38,107 nt of DNA. Origin: Chloroflexia bacterium. Lineage in GTDB: Bacteria; Chloroflexota; Chloroflexia; QHBQ01; JADMIH01. The notes under the pieces were generated by a model, which searched no databases, was not told the origin of the DNA, and was given only the letters and a program-made list of their open reading frames with translations. A program made the translations under genes and the position numbers. Every line of letters starts with the position of its first letter. The first letter of the stretch is position 1. Positions 38,027 through 38,107 of this stretch are shown one piece after another. The stretch is taken from contig JBBQIC010000002.1 of assembly GCA_038324555.1 (NCBI GenBank), forward strand, positions 1 through 38,107, read 5' to 3'.

Positions 38027-38107
38027 ATGTCAAGCATAGTGGGTCCGCCAAGCACAACTGAAGAGATCGAAGCTATCTACGCCGCTGGGCCTGATGCCGT
38101 AGTCGCC
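38027..38107 (+). CDS. 5' end of a possible IS66-family transposase gene (partial, runs off the window)
   Basis: My translation is MSSIVGPPSTTEEIEAIYAAGPDAVVA. The (E/A)IY(E/A)AGPEAVV pattern matches my recollection of IS66-family TnpC N-termini. Only 27 codons are visible. Confidence 0.35.
   Translation, partial: MSSIVGPPSTTEEIEAIYAAGPDAVVA

Overview
38.1-kb bacterial chromosomal window, fairly GC-rich by eye. The Thr/Pro-linker secreted proteins, dockerin-like tails and dense palindromic repeats suggest a Chloroflexota-like genome, but that is inference only. Layout: (i) 1-8.9 kb holds secreted modular proteins with shared Ig-like repeat domains and dockerin-like C-termini, plus a GT1 glycosyltransferase. 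(ii) 9-20.5 kb holds tRNA-Gln preceded by a MITE with a target-site duplication, then housekeeping or accessory enzymes: epimerase, SAM-MTase, metallophosphoesterase, DUF1116, VOC, acyl-CoA synthetase, nitroreductase, amidase. (iii) 20.5-22.3 kb is an AT-richer HNH nuclease plus C5-cytosine methyltransferase islet. (iv) 22.4-31.5 kb holds a form-II CoxL/S/M-type molybdenum hydroxylase whose M subunit gene is separated from S/L by about 4.2 kb of unrelated genes, then a cyclase-family hydrolase. (v) 31.9 kb to the end holds tRNA-Phe followed by an integrative-element-like region: degenerate tRNA-Cys-like sequence, BrnT/BrnA-like TA pair, tyrosine integrase, DUF6908-like gene, HNH gene, two near-perfect divergent promoters, and a Mod-type methyltransferase apparently truncated by an IS66-like element. 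The most unusual signal is a family of hairpins built from tandem 7-mers. Two copies, (GGACGAT)n-loop-(ATCGTCC)n, sit in-frame inside the acyl-CoA synthetase and CoxL-like genes and are translated as DDGRWTMDD...HRPSS. Other members donate a stop codon or lie just upstream of the cox genes. All calls come from reading the sequence and ORF track; no database search was run.
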